This document shows, piece after piece, positions 63,024 to 64,000 of a stretch of DNA of 64,000 nucleotides. This stretch comes from Ignavibacteriales bacterium (GTDB taxonomy: Bacteria; Bacteroidota; Ignavibacteria; Ignavibacteriales; Ignavibacteriaceae), in the NCBI GenBank assembly GCA_020061465.1, contig JAGUYG010000022.1, forward strand, positions 19,135 through 83,134, in the 5' to 3' direction. Each line of letters opens with the position of its first letter. The stretch's first letter is position 1. The position numbers and the translations under genes are program-made. The notes beneath the pieces were generated by a model. That model worked only from the letters and a program-made list of their open reading frames with translations. It was not told the DNA's origin and ran no database searches.

Positions 63024-63662
63024 ATGCTTAAAATAAATGAGATATATTACTCAATTCAGGGAGAAAGTTCTTATGCAGGTCTTCCGTGTGTTTTTGTAAG
63101 GCTGACTTTTTGTAATCTCCGCTGCACTTACTGCGATACAGAATATGCTTTTTATGAGGGAACAGAGTACTCAATTGATGAAATAATCAATAAAGTAGAT
63201 TCATTCGGATGCAAGCTTGTGGAAGTAACAGGAGGCGAACCACTTGTGCAGGAAGAATCGCTTAATTTGTTGAGAGAGCTTTGCGAACAGGGTTATGAAG
63301 TTCTTCTTGAAACTGGCGGCAGCCTGCCGATAAAAGATGTTGACAGAAGAGTGAAGATAATTATGGACTTAAAATGCCCCACAAGCGGAATGCTAAAAAA
63401 AAATAATTATGACAACATCTCTTATTTAAAACCCAAAGATGAAATAAAGTTTGTTATCGGAGACCGTATAGATTACGATTGGAGTAAAAAGATAATTTCG
63501 GAATATAATTTAACGCAAAAATGCACGGTTTTATTCTCTGTTGTATTCGATAATCTTAAACCTGTTATATTGGTTAATTGGATACTAGAAGATAAACTGA
63601 ATGTAAGATTTCAATTGCAGATGCATAAATTTATCTGGCATCCGGCTACTAAAGGTGTTTAA
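63024..63662 (+). CDS. queE: 7-carboxy-7-deazaguanine synthase (radical SAM)
   Basis: INEIYYSIQGESSYAGLPCVFVRLTFCNLRCTYCDTEYAF...VEVTGGEPL...QMHKFIW. Confidence 0.9.
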   Translation: MLKINEIYYSIQGESSYAGLPCVFVRLTFCNLRCTYCDTEYAFYEGTEYSIDEIINKVDSFGCKLVEVTGGEPLVQEESLNLLRELCEQGYEVLLETGGSLPIKDVDRRVKIIMDLKCPTSGMLKKNNYDNISYLKPKDEIKFVIGDRIDYDWSKKIISEYNLTQKCTVLFSVVFDNLKPVILVNWILEDKLNVRFQLQMHKFIWHPATKGV

Positions 63663-63710
63663 GCTGCCGTACAAATTTTTCATTTATATCAATCATAATT
63701 GAATCTTTGA

Positions 63711-64000
63711 ATGCAAAAGAATAAAAGTCAACAAAAGAACAGATTTGGAACGGCTCCCGTCTTCTTTACGGCAATCTCAACAATACTTGGAGCAATACTT
63801 TTTCTGAGGTTCGGTTTTGCTGTCGGTACTTTAGGATTCTTTGGAGTACTGCTTATAATATTTCTCGGACATCTTGTTACAATTCCCACCGCAATGGCAA
63901 TTTCTGAAATAGCAACTAACCAAAAAGTTGAAGGCGGTGGAGAGTATTTTATTATTTCCAGATCTTTCGGTTTAAATATTGGAGCAACAATCGGTATTGC
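63711..64000 (+). CDS. APC-superfamily permease (amino acid / cation-chloride cotransporter-like), 5' fragment continuing past the window
   Basis: MQKNKSQQKNRFGTAPVFFTAISTILGAILFLRFGFAVGTLGFFGVLLIIFLGHLVTIPTAMAISEIATNQKVEGGGEYFIISRSFGLNIGATIGI. Open at the window end. Confidence 0.75.
   Translation, partial: MQKNKSQQKNRFGTAPVFFTAISTILGAILFLRFGFAVGTLGFFGVLLIIFLGHLVTIPTAMAISEIATNQKVEGGGEYFIISRSFGLNIGATIGI

Overview
AT-rich bacterial chromosomal segment, about mid-30s % G+C by eye. It most resembles the FCB group (Ignavibacteriota/Bacteroidota-like): one protein carries a T9SS C-terminal sorting domain, and housekeeping genes are preceded by TAnnTTTG-type -7 boxes. The window has two parts.

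(1) Positions ~1-38.6 kb are an accessory-looking block rich in tRNA genes (tRNA-Lys, tRNA-Arg, and a second near-identical tRNA-Lys). It contains:
- an SGNH hydrolase pseudogene split by a MITE-like element with a 9-bp target duplication;
- three paralogous LuxR-type response regulators, a double-domain KaiC homologue with a coiled-coil tail, and a PP2C/SpoIIE phosphatase;
- two B12-type radical SAM genes, one carrying an in-frame TAA;
- a DUF3494 (ice-binding-like) T9SS cargo protein, and OmpA/TSP3, DUF4382 and small beta-barrel envelope proteins;
- a tightly packed five-gene operon (9029-23548) encoding very large exported proteins built from shared uncharacterised modules.

Eight transcription units in this block are each preceded by the same ~46-bp sequence box, which I read as the signature of a single regulon.

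(2) Positions ~38.6-64 kb are ordinary core genes: an SPFH protein, a heme cluster (ccsA-like, hemA, hemC, a TetR-hemD fusion, hemE, hemN), a DHFR-family protein, GNAT, lhgO, a CBS protein, an SSF transporter, a 7TM-HD hydrolase, xerD, an M50 protease, an MsbA-like ABC exporter, a GlmU-like enzyme, rpsT, queE and a permease fragment.

No CRISPR array, rRNA, transposase or integrase of a mobile element was seen. All calls rest on reading the translations and sequence by eye; no searches were run.
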